Below are positions 1 to 10,950 of a stretch of 64,000 nt of DNA, one piece after another. The notes below the pieces were generated by a model, which saw nothing but the letters and a program-made list of their open reading frames with translations, made no database searches and had not been told where the DNA came from. Positions within the stretch are counted from its first letter, which is position 1; each line of letters begins with the position of its first letter. Position numbers and translations under genes: made by a program. The stretch is from Paragordius varius (lineage: Eukaryota > Animalia > Nematomorpha), in assembly GCA_964247055.1 (NCBI GenBank), contig OZ176050.1, positions 12,958,001 to 13,022,000 on the forward strand, read 5' to 3'.

Positions 1-143
1 TTGTTCGATACAATGGCAGTTTCCGTTTCAATTAATAATAATCTAAAGTGAAAAAAAAAATTATTACCATTGTAACGAAAATTTTGGATACAGTTTAGTT
101 TTAAATCAATTTTACGAGCGAATCCTATTTATTATTACATATA

Positions 144-337
144 CAGTATGAGTATGAATACTTTGCTAGAAATTTATTAATTATTGCCAAATAGTAAATA
201 CAACAAAGGGAAGTATTATTGGCTTATAGTTATTTTTTTCGCTATTTACTATTATTAGCCAATAATACTGTCCTTTGTTGTATTTACTATTTGGCAATAA
301 TTAATACCTTTTTAGCAATGTATACTTACTCATACTG
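144..337. mobile_element. Palindromic MITE family A (TA|CAGTATGAGTA...TACTCATACTG|TA)
   Basis: Terminal inverted repeats with TA on both sides; nearly the whole element is an inverted repeat; further copies at 41263, 51867, 59016, 62403. TA flanks suggest Tc1/mariner origin (inference). Confidence 0.85.
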
Positions 338-391
338 TAATATTTGTTCTCGTTGAGGAGCATATTGTAAAAATATGTGATTTGGTAATAG

Positions 392-951
392 AATCGTACG
401 CCTCGATAGATAACAAACAATTTGCATCCAATAATGCATTTTACCATGAGTTAGGAACGCCCCAACATCCGTCTACAAGCTTTAATTTACAAACCCCATA
501 TATGTCATATAACCAACATACATCTCACCTTCCCACTTATAGTTTAACAAATGAACAACAAAATATCCCTGATCCCAACCATATAAATTTACAACATCAT
601 AGTAATGACATTTTGCCTGTTTTACCCCCAAATCCTTCATATTATACCAACAATGGTAAATTTTCACCAAGATTGATAATGTGTCGTTTTATAATACCCT
701 TATATTTTGATTAAATAATTACCTGATAAAGGGTTAATCATATTTTTAATGCTCAAATTTTGACTAAATGAACACATCTCATGTATGAATGTTGTATATA
801 CTAAAATTAAACAACATTTATTTTTTATTTAGAAAATAACATTATCGTTTCCTCGAGTTATTTGACAATCAGTCCTTCAAATATACAACTTTCTTCTAAT
901 ATACAATCGGTCAGTCAAACCTCAAATTATTACTATGCGCCGCAATCATAG
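392..951 (+). CDS. Last two exons of an unknown gene with a low-complexity N/S/Q/Y/P-rich C-terminus (gene starts upstream)
   Basis: Exon ~392-655 (donor G|GTAAAT, phase 1) joins in frame to exon 833-951 (TTTTTATTTAG acceptor, ends TAG). The upstream boundary at 392 is uncertain; no recognised domain. Confidence 0.5.
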
Positions 952-1386
952 TTTGTGCTATTATAAGGATGAAAAACTTAGCCAAATGCTCTTTTTATAT
1001 TTGGTTCATATCAGTAATCTTTAAAGCTAACAATATTTTCAGAATAAATTTTTGGTTCCCGCTTGCTACGTTACCCATTTTAATAAAACTCTAACGAAAT
1101 AAAGATCAATCACTTAATTGATATTACGCATTCTCTCTGTATAATATATATATATTTAAAATATTACACAACTCTAATATGTATTGTCAATTGTTTATTT
1201 TGTAAATGTCGATATAAATCAATTATATTTATATAAATAAATATGTTGCATGAAATCTCAAAATTTGCATGATTTATAAATGGTACATAAAATATATATG
1301 ACCAAACAAATAAATAACTAAGTAAAATAGCATATGTTCAAAAAAACTTATGTCATGATTGCATATTATAATAAAATTAATGTGTA

Positions 1387-3969
1387 TTACAAAGAAGAAT
1401 CAGTATTTGTTTCACCGGTAATACATTTGTTTTTATTAGATATATCTAGCGTTTTGCTAGCCTTTAATTTGTGATCTATATTTAATTCATTTAAATCATC
1501 AGGTTTAAATGTAGAATAATCATTATTATAGATGTGATTGTCCGGAAATTCCGATTCTTGTAAAATGCATTCTTGATCATCATTTGTATTGGTGTTAAAT
1601 TTGAACAATTTAAATTTAATGCAATATGATTTTATTTGAGCAGGATTAACATACAAACTATGCAAATAATTCCATAATTCAGTCGTTTTGAATCCATAAT
1701 AGGCAAGGTATATGACGAATGCTGTATAAACAAACACAATCACAGAGAGAAATACCATAAATATGGGATTACTTAGGCTACCAGATGAATGATATGATAA
1801 TATTAATTGCCCAACAAAATAATAATTTATGCCGAGTACAATGAGAGACAATAGTATTGCGGCACATTGGGTGAGCAAAGAATTGGTAAATCCCATTCCC
1901 ATAATCCCTACTGCTCCACTAAACGTGACAACAGGGATTAAGGCAAAGGGAAGTTGTATACTTTGCAGTGCATTCAAAATATCATTCATGCGTGTAAGTG
2001 AACTTATATCCCGTCTAAGGGCTAAAGCAAGGGCAGGGAGAATGGCTATACAACGGGTAACACCCACTCTCATAGCACGGGACCATCTTAAATTCAGAAA
2101 TCCTTGCATAACAAATTGTCCCGCATACGTACCAGTCATAGTGGAACTCTGACCAGCAGCAAGTAATCCAAGCGCCCATGCAAAAAAAGACGGGGCTCCA
2201 AATCTACAGCCAAGAAATACTCCGGCCCTTAGTAAATCAATTTTAGCTCTGTCATTGCTTTGATCTTTTGGAAAAAGTGTGTCTACGTTAAGGTCCTTTA
2301 TATTGGGTAAGTTTTGGCTATAGTTCTTATTTTGAACCGGTGTAGACAATGAGAGTTGGTGAAAAGTGGTGCCATTATCTGAAAAATATATATTTTTATA
2401 ACATATAATAAAAAATTTCGATTAATGATGGTTAAACATGTAGAAAAAAAAATAAAACACTAGATTTACCCAAACATAATTTCCTCACATCGCCATTACT
2501 GAGACCGTAAAGAGAACTGGCAAAAACTGTAACAATGCATAAATTAATAAGAAAGGAGCAAGTTAAAGCGATTGTGGCCTCTATGGTGTAATAATAATTG
2601 GCTTGAGCAATTTGTTTTTTATCTTTTCTATCAATATCACGGGAATTGACAAGGGCCGAATGTAAGTACAAATTGTGAGGCATAATAACAGCACCCAATA
2701 TGCCGACAGCTTGTAGAATTACGCGTGAATCACAATTTCTGCAAGTTGGTACAAAGAGACCATGTAGCGTTTCCACCTAAATTACATTACACATTTTAAA
2801 AAACGATATGATATATGTAAATGCAAATTAATAAACAGTTAAAATTATCTAAAAGGTAAAACCCGACCTACATTTGTTAAATTTTTTAGATACTTATTTT
2901 GAAATAATTAGCTGAAAATGTGTCAAGCGACTATAAAATTATCATATTATATAGTCGGCTCTTGGGACAAGATAAATATTTGCGGTCATTTGAATTTTTT
3001 TGGTAAGTCATTCGATCTAAATATGTTGTGACCCTCTTCCTGAAGCCTAAGTATTTTCACATAGGTGTTGGCAAATTTATAAAAAAATGCAAAATATAAG
3101 CAGTATGGAGCGGCCATTTATAATTATTATAATACCTTGCCTAGCAATCTATTTTCAAAAGTTTAGATAAAAATTTATTTTTACCTGATAAATAATAGGA
3201 AAAAAATTAAATTAGCTATTTTAAAGTAACTACGATATGTTAAAAATAATTTTTATATTTTACAATGCTTGAATTAACGTAAGAATCTTACACAGTTTAC
3301 ACTAATTAATTAAATACTCACCATATCCGGTTTTACTGTAAAGAAGTGAAATCCAAAGGATACAGCCATAATGGCAATCAAAAAAGCAAAAAATGCTTCA
3401 AGTTTACGCAAACCGTAACGATCTATGCATAAAAATGTGAATGTGTCAAATATAGTGATTATGACTCCAGCATAAAGGGGCAGGCGACCTAAAGTTAACA
3501 AATATAGCGCAATGGCGGTTCCTATAACTTCTTGCATATCAGAACCTATGATAGCAAGTTCAATCATAATCCATAAAATATAGCGTGGAATAGTTGGATA
3601 TTGATCGTAACAAACTTCGGCTAAATGATTGCCAGTTACTACACCGATTCGAAGAGATAATCTTTGCACCAACAATCCAACTATAGTTGCTAAAAGCAAA
3701 ATCCATAATATTTTATATTCAGCTAAAGCTCCTGACCGTAAATCTGATTCGATATTACCAGGGTCCAAGTAAGCAATGCTCATAAGAAATCCAGGTCCTG
3801 TGAATGCCCATAATGTTTTGAAATTAAATTTAAATAAATCGCCTGCTGCATTGTTAGTTTCATTTTCATGTTTAGAATCATCATCTAATTTTGGAATAGA
3901 TACAGAACTGCCTTTATCACCGCTCGATCTCAAAACTGAAATAGTACCAATTCGTTCGCATGTGCTCAT
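1387..3969 (-). CDS. SLC11A: NRAMP/SLC11 divalent metal (Fe/Mn) transporter, ~648 aa
   Basis: Exons 3969-3322, 2776-2470, 2378-1387 join in phase (0, 1). Contains [11 protein letters not shown] (TM1 DPGN), MPHNLYLHS (TM6) and the consensus transport motif [18 protein letters not shown]. Start ATG at 3969 preferred over 4083 but not proven. Confidence 0.95.
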
Positions 3970-4124
3970 TAACTTATTAAAAGATACATATGTTATATTA
4001 AGTTTTTTGATATGCTGCGCCAAAAATCGGGGGATATAAAAAATATTCTGATAAAATATAAAAAATCTGATGGAAAAATACATCAGGGTTAATTTTGTTT
4101 CTTAGAAGTGATATAGTAGCTTCA

Positions 4125-4860
4125 CCATATAGTAAAATGGTAAGATTTGCGCACATTTTGTTAAACAAAATTTTTTTATGAAAGCTAAATGCCTCATTTC
4201 ATAAAATATCACTAAATAAACAATTATACATATTTAGAACGATATTTTTAAATTTTTAGATTTGGGTCCCAAAAGTTTCAAATTTTTTCACTCAAAATCT
4301 AGTTCTATTAAAACAAACGCAAAAATACCGGGATTGCGTAATAAAAGTTATATACCAAAAAATGCATTTTTAAAATTATATTTTTCTTTTAGAGCGTACT
4401 TTATACTATTGTGAGGCATAGTGGAAACGTTATAAAAACGCTTTTAGATATTAAAAAAATATAATAGATAAAATTCAGCTATATATAAAGTGTTTTTGTA
4501 TATCAAAACGTTTTAATAACGTTTCCACTATGGCCCAGAATAGTATGAAGTATCTTTAACAAAATTTTTTATAAAAATTTATATTTCAAAAAAAATGCAT
4601 TTTAAAAAATATTATTAGTTGTTATCAAAATTTAACATATATCTCAAATTTTTATCGTGCATTCTCGGTTGCGTTTTTTTTTAAATAAAACTAGCGCGTA
4701 GAAAAAAATTTGAGACTTCGGAGCCCACATATAGAAATTTTAATTTTTTTAATATATTTTTTTGCTTTTTAAATGTATTTTTTTAAAATGTTGGTGATGG
4801 CGACCCAAAATTTTAATTAAAAAAAAATGTGCGCAAGTTTTGCCATTTTCTGATATGGAT
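4125..4860. mobile_element. Foldback / large imperfect palindromic element
   Basis: Outer IR CCATATAGTAAAATGGTAAGATTTGCGCACATTTT pairs with AAAATGTGCGCAAGTTTTGCCATTTTCTGATATGG; inner IR GTGGAAACGTTAT / ATAACGTTTCCAC (4421-4528); related partial copy near 35470-35680. Confidence 0.65.
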
Positions 4861-6203
4861 AAATTACCAAATACATAACATTTTTAAATCAATAGAGTCA
4901 AAACCAAAAGGATCATTATTATCGTGATACATTTTCCTATTAGAATATATATATTTCATCGAGAACTTTAGACATTGTTTATACACCTACTATCAGGCAA
5001 ACTCAACCCTTTTCAACCAAACTTAACGCTTTTTCAGTCAATAAACTCTTTTAAAATTCACCACTTACCGTTTCCTCTTTTTAAATAAACTGCTTTAATA
5101 TTATTAAACCCTTTTAAAGTTTAATAACCATGTATATGTTTGATTTAATTTATTCTTTTTAATTAAGACAAAATATTAAAATTTAGGTATAAAGCTATAT
5201 GTTTCAAAACAAACGCTTTTTTTTGAACCTAAAAACATTTATAGCAAACAAAATATGGTGATAAATACTTAAAAAAATTCTTAAAAATTATTTTTTACAA
5301 GAATATAAATGTTGGTATGAAATTTTTGAGTTGTATTTTAGAAACGGGGAGTCTAATTAAAAAATACGGAGTTTCGGTGGGAAGATGTGGAGTTTGATTG
5401 GGATATCGGTATTTGGTAGGATACGTTTAAATCTGCAATATGTATAAACTTAAAGCGCACGAAAACATCAAAAATATATTAAAAAATTAGTCCGAAATTC
5501 TAAGTTGTTATTTATTATAAATAGTATGTGTTAAGACATTTTTTATGTGTTTTTTTGTAATTAAAATTTTCTCCTGCCACACTTATTAGCTTTAAATAAC
5601 AAATATACACTGAGCGGGTAGAACGTTAATTGTAAAATGCTTAATAATAATAATAATATTGATAGGTTTGACACAGCTATGTATTATACGTGTTAATATA
5701 TTCAGGATTAGTATCGTGAATTTTTTTGTACCGCTGTTTGAGGTATCTCACTTTGCTATCAAAGGGTAATAATTTCTGTAACGTTCCGTAAAAGTATTAA
5801 CACCAGCTCGCCCAGGGCTGACACAATGATATTGAAAATTATGGAGTTACATGCTAAACTATTACATACTTATATTAATCATATAGACGCCTTCTAAATT
5901 CCCTTACTTAAATTTACATAAATACTACAAGCCTTGATTTAAACGTATCAATAAGAATTCAATAATAACGATTATCAAATTTCCACAGATCTATATATAA
6001 AATTTATTTGATAAATTAATAAAATGGTCATTGTCCAGTAAAAGAGAAAGTTATTAAAAATGCATGTAATGAATGGGATACATGAAAAATCTTTGGATAT
6101 ATAGTAAAATTTATAATACAGTGATTCACATGATGAATTTTATCAGAATCAAATATTTTTTATTATGTAATATTTTTTTCTGCTTTTTACATCATGTTGA
6201 TAG

Positions 6204-8705
6204 TTAGACATCATTGTAATGTTTATTAGCAACATTATTCATAGTTTGATAAATATCGTGCATGTCATAGAGATGCGTGGGAAGCGTAGAATTCATTATA
6301 TTCCCTATCTTCATATTCATATCTATGCTATTGATATGATTAAATTTCTTGATATTATTTTTACTTAAATTATTATTTAATGTTCGTGGTTCAAAGTTAT
6401 TTTGATTCATTCTGTAATTATTATTATTATTGCTATTGATATTTTTCATGGCATAATATTGTTTGCAAAAATTGGCATACGTAGCCAAAGATTCAGGGTT
6501 AAGCATTAGTGGTAAAGTCGAATTTAACATAGCTTCGTTTACATTGGCGGTATTCCAATCATTCGAATTAGATTGGTATTTGCGTTTTATTGGTTGTGAA
6601 TCAATCATTCTCGTGACACCAAAATCAAAGGTACTATCTGCCCCTATACCACTATCGGGTGTTTGAGTTTTGAAAGATTTGATGTTGATGTTGTTGATAC
6701 TATGATTAAAATTTTTATTTACAGGAGTATTTGGAATTTGTGATTGATTCGTATACTTATTTATGTTCCCATAAATTTTGGCACATTCCCTGTTGATAAG
6801 GGTTGAATAATCTATGGGATTTGATGAATGATTTACCTTTACTAATTCCTTATATATTTTTGTTTGTTGTGATGTTGTAGGAGGATCATTACATAATCTT
6901 ATATCCAAATTACTTGGATAATATTGTTTTTGTACCATCGATCCGTCATTTGGCTTGGAATAATTATTTAAAGTTAAATTAAGTTTAGATGCTTTATTAT
7001 TAGTTTTATTAATTTGAGAAAACGATGTTTCCATTACGTTATTTGCATGTGGCTCGTCCTGATTATCATTGGATAATAGAGTGATACCAGTTTGATTTTC
7101 CAAATCTGAATTGTTAGCATTAGGCCCAAATGTTTCATTTGCGCTTTGTGGCTTCTGGAATTTTTCAGGTTTTTGTCTGTCAGCCACCACCATTTCTTTT
7201 ACCTTATTATAGTCAGAGACAGATTGAGCTGTGCCATTTTCATCCTGGTAAACTCTATAATTACTATGGGCACCATTATAATTTTGCCAATTTTGAGGGT
7301 AAGATTTGCAAAAATCCTCCGTATTGCAGTTCGTAAAATTTAGTTGGTTCAAATTTAAACCATCGTCGACATTATCCATTTGATCAGGATCATCGCCATC
7401 ATTATTCTGATTGAGTAATGGGGGAGAGTAGTTAGATTGTTGCATATTATAATTATGTTGGAAATGTTGTTTAGTTAAATCTTTCATCGCTTTGATAAGT
7501 AAGATAAGGAATATAACCTTGACCAATGATAGTAAACAGTATCCAACAATGTAAAAATTTAAGGCTACATTCACCAACCATTGTTTTAGGGGTCGATTGC
7601 ATCCTGTGTGTGATACAGTATTACTGTGATACTCAAATAATTGACACTCAGTTGTGTGTTGACCTGGTTGGGACATGATGTCAGAATTAATTTTACAACA
7701 ACTAGCCGGTATAACGTTCAAATTATTCCGATTTTTAGCTAACAAATAATTCATTACACCTCCTTTCGGTTTAACTTCAGAAAGATAATTTTTATCTTTG
7801 ATAGTCCCTGGATGATGGTGTCGTTTGTAATAAGCCAGCGTATGAATACTACGTTTTCTTTGCCGATCAAACCAAGCAGTGTTTATAAAATCTAATGGGC
7901 CATTGATACCACAACACTCTTGATGCATTTGAAGGGTATCCCATGCCTTAGTGTATGCCTTATCTAACCCATAAAGTGTTTGAAATTGCGATTCGATACG
8001 TGAAGACCACGTTGTTGATGAGAAAGGGATTAATTGATTCCCAGATTTGCTTTGAATCGCTGGTGTAGATTGTGGACTGGTCCCAATTTTTGTCGTTGCA
8101 AAATATGGTGTACTATCAAATTTGACCATAATCAAAAATCGTACGAACCAAATGAGTCCAATACATGCATCACTTAGTAATAGGAATACTAAAATGCCAC
8201 AATAAGCACGTAAGTATCTAACAACTTTGGTATTTTTCTTGGTACTAGCTAAATCTAACAAATTGTAGGATAAAATTCTACGGTTTTGTCCATCTTGTTC
8301 GCATCCTTCACCATGTTGTAAATGGGTTGTTTCGATGGCTGGGATTGCAGCATTTTCTCTATACCGGTATATTGATTGATTTGGACTTTGCGCTTTTCGA
8401 CCATATGCACAAACGCAAAACAGCCCAATGATTTGTATTATACCAGCTTGAATTAACAGGACAGTCAAGGCAAATATAAGGCTAACATCCTTACCCCATT
8501 CAATAGGTATGAGTTGGAAAAAAGGATGAGCCTTTAGATTTCGGGCAAACAGATAGAATACGAAAACGGATAGAAACAGGAGAAAGTTACAGAGATGAAT
8601 CCATTTTTGATACGCGTGTTGCCTGAATAATTTTGCAAATATCTGCTTAGGCTTTCGATGCCAGGAATTCAGTTTTTTGGGAGCATCTTTACACCTTTCT
8701 TGCAT
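6204..8705 (-). CDS. Atypical tetraspanin-family protein, intronless, 833 aa
   Basis: Single long ORF with four hydrophobic segments; the large extracellular loop has ECCG, PASCC and a GC before TM4 (6 Cys); long N/Q-rich C-terminal tail. Confidence 0.8.
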   Translation of the reverse strand: MQERCKDAPKKLNSWHRKPKQIFAKLFRQHAYQKWIHLCNFLLFLSVFVFYLFARNLKAHPFFQLIPIEWGKDVSLIFALTVLLIQAGIIQIIGLFCVCAYGRKAQSPNQSIYRYRENAAIPAIETTHLQHGEGCEQDGQNRRILSYNLLDLASTKKNTKVVRYLRAYCGILVFLLLSDACIGLIWFVRFLIMVKFDSTPYFATTKIGTSPQSTPAIQSKSGNQLIPFSSTTWSSRIESQFQTLYGLDKAYTKAWDTLQMHQECCGINGPLDFINTAWFDRQRKRSIHTLAYYKRHHHPGTIKDKNYLSEVKPKGGVMNYLLAKNRNNLNVIPASCCKINSDIMSQPGQHTTECQLFEYHSNTVSHTGCNRPLKQWLVNVALNFYIVGYCLLSLVKVIFLILLIKAMKDLTKQHFQHNYNMQQSNYSPPLLNQNNDGDDPDQMDNVDDGLNLNQLNFTNCNTEDFCKSYPQNWQNYNGAHSNYRVYQDENGTAQSVSDYNKVKEMVVADRQKPEKFQKPQSANETFGPNANNSDLENQTGITLLSNDNQDEPHANNVMETSFSQINKTNNKASKLNLTLNNYSKPNDGSMVQKQYYPSNLDIRLCNDPPTTSQQTKIYKELVKVNHSSNPIDYSTLINRECAKIYGNINKYTNQSQIPNTPVNKNFNHSINNINIKSFKTQTPDSGIGADSTFDFGVTRMIDSQPIKRKYQSNSNDWNTANVNEAMLNSTLPLMLNPESLATYANFCKQYYAMKNINSNNNNNYRMNQNNFEPRTLNNNLSKNNIKKFNHINSIDMNMKIGNIMNSTLPTHLYDMHDIYQTMNNVANKHYNDV

Positions 8706-9832
8706 TTTTATACGGTATTAACTGTTTCGGTGATTAAGAATTTCAAAAATATATATATTTTTTATAAAAAAAAACGAGGATAAAATTTTCTGTTACGATG
8801 AGAAAGTAGGGATAATTATCACACGAAAGTGTGAGTTAGTCCCACTTAGTACTCATACTATGTTTACTTTTATGTGTGGTTAGAATTTAATATTGTATAA
8901 AATAAATACACCACAGAATTTATATATTAATTTTTACAGCATAAAAAGTTTAATGTTATCAACTATCATAGTAAAAAACCTCTATACTATTGTACATTCA
9001 TCTTTATAATAGTATATGTAAATGTTTTAAACTGTACACCATTTTTATGTGTATATAGGAATTTTTATATTATAAGTAAGTAGATAAATATAAAACCTTA
9101 TGTTATAAAGGTAAAAAATGATAAAATTTACTGTATACTTTTTTTATCTTTTGGGGTTTTTAAAAAATTAATTTATAAAACAATGAAAAATTATACTTCA
9201 AATGACCAAAGATGGTTAGATAAAGTTTGATGAGTGGAAAAATTTAATCTTATGTTTATATTTAATTTATTTTATTTTAAATTTACATAATTTTTTTAAT
9301 CTGAAATTTACATAATTAGTTTTGTTTTCTAAATACGTTAAATATAATTAATAAATATCGGATATTTATTCCTAAAAAAATTAATAAAAATTATTTAAAT
9401 CAAATATTGATTTTTGAATTTAATTTTTATTTAAAATATTTTAACCCATTCGGTATCACATTCGTCACGAAATTCTAAATTTCGATTTCAAAGCAAAATT
9501 AAAATTGTCAAGAGTGTGTCATATAATTTTTATCATAATTTTTCTTTTTGATGTTTTTTTGAGGAAAGTGCGGTGTTTAATGCCATTTTATGAAGGTGAG
9601 ATTTTTTATTTTGGCAAAAATGTATAGACGGTTAAAAATTAAAAACTAAAAATAATAAGTAAGTTAAGGTCTATACTATAATTTATTCAAAGACTTATTA
9701 ATTTCATATTACCGCAAAACTTTTTTTTATTGTAAAGTCCAATATTTGTAATGTTAATAATTTGATGACTTGTGATAAAATTGTTGTTTTACACCTGTTC
9801 CTCATCTTTAAAAAATTTTAAAATATATATTA

Positions 9833-10006
9833 CAGAAGCGTATGCCATAAAAAATTATTAGTCCATAAAATAATAAATAAAAATGTTTTTATCAAAAAAA
9901 CAAGGGGATATTGTAGATATGTCTATACAAACTAGGGTTGTTTTTTTAAAAAAACATTTTTTTATACCTTTTATGGACTAATATTGTTTTATGCCATACG
10001 CTACTG
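9833..10006. mobile_element. MITE family C (TA|CAG(T/A)AGCGTATG...CATACGCTACTG|TA)
   Basis: TIRs with TA flanks; second copy at 51442-51597. Confidence 0.75.
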
Positions 10007-10950
10007 TATATAAAAAAACTATAAAAGTATAAAACATACTACAATTATAATATTTTACCTGTAAATAAATTATAATTATAAAGTTATTTATAGTATCTTT
10101 AGGTCAGTCAATTGATTGATTTTTTATGGAAATATTACGATTAATCCGATAATAATATATGTCTATAAAAAAACTTCACGTATCAAATAACACTTTTGAT
10201 TAAAATGTATAGCATAAGTAATACAATATTAACCTTTATCTAAAATTAGTAGATTTAGAAAAATTTTAAACCTTTAATTGTCAATATTTGAAATCGGATT
10301 ACAGTGAGTGACATTATTTAATTTAATAAATATTTTTGTCGCCCAATGCAATATTTTTTATATTTTATTTAACAGAAAGTGTTGAATGTCAAACCATCAG
10401 ATTTTATCGCATATAAATTAATTTAAATCATTTATATTTATGACATAACATTTGTGACAGATATGCTAAAAAAATTGGAAAACTATGGACCTATTTTAAT
10501 AAAAATAAAACTTTTACCTCCGAAAAACTTATTGTATAATCTAAAAAAAAGTTTTGCTTGCAATAAAAATGTTTAAGTAGTAACGCCCCTTAAACACCAG
10601 ATTTGTGAGAAAATTTTGAATTTTTTACCTGACTCGCAGTAATAATATAAAAAGTATATTTAGACAATATTTTATACATGCTAATGTTTGTCACCTATTT
10701 GCTCATCAAAAACGGTGACTTCCTGTTGTTTTTCGAACGCAAGAACTTACATTTTTGAAAAAGAAAGCCTCGGGCAGAATTAAGAAATAAGAAAGAAATT
10801 TTGGGTAAAAAATAATATTAAGCCTTAAATTATGTTCGCAGTAATATTGAATTCCAATTTATTATTAATAAAAAAAATTATTTTAAAATTCGTAAATCAT
10901 TCGCATATAAATGTACCAAAACATAAGGGTTAAAAAAGTTATAACTATGG

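Noticed and set aside
960-1386. Possible iron-responsive element in the NRAMP 3' UTR
   Set aside because: No CAGUGN-loop hairpin found by eye on the minus strand; a SIREs-type scan would settle it.
1829-2152. 107-aa + strand ORF (likewise 3776-4039, 6463-6666, 36730-36999, 37246-37869, 60195-60416)
   Set aside because: Antisense shadows of real coding exons (NRAMP, tetraspanin, WAPL) with no independent features.
9442-10932. TTAACCC...GGGTTAA as a second piggyBac family
   Set aside because: The match does not extend beyond ~7 bp and no second copy was found.
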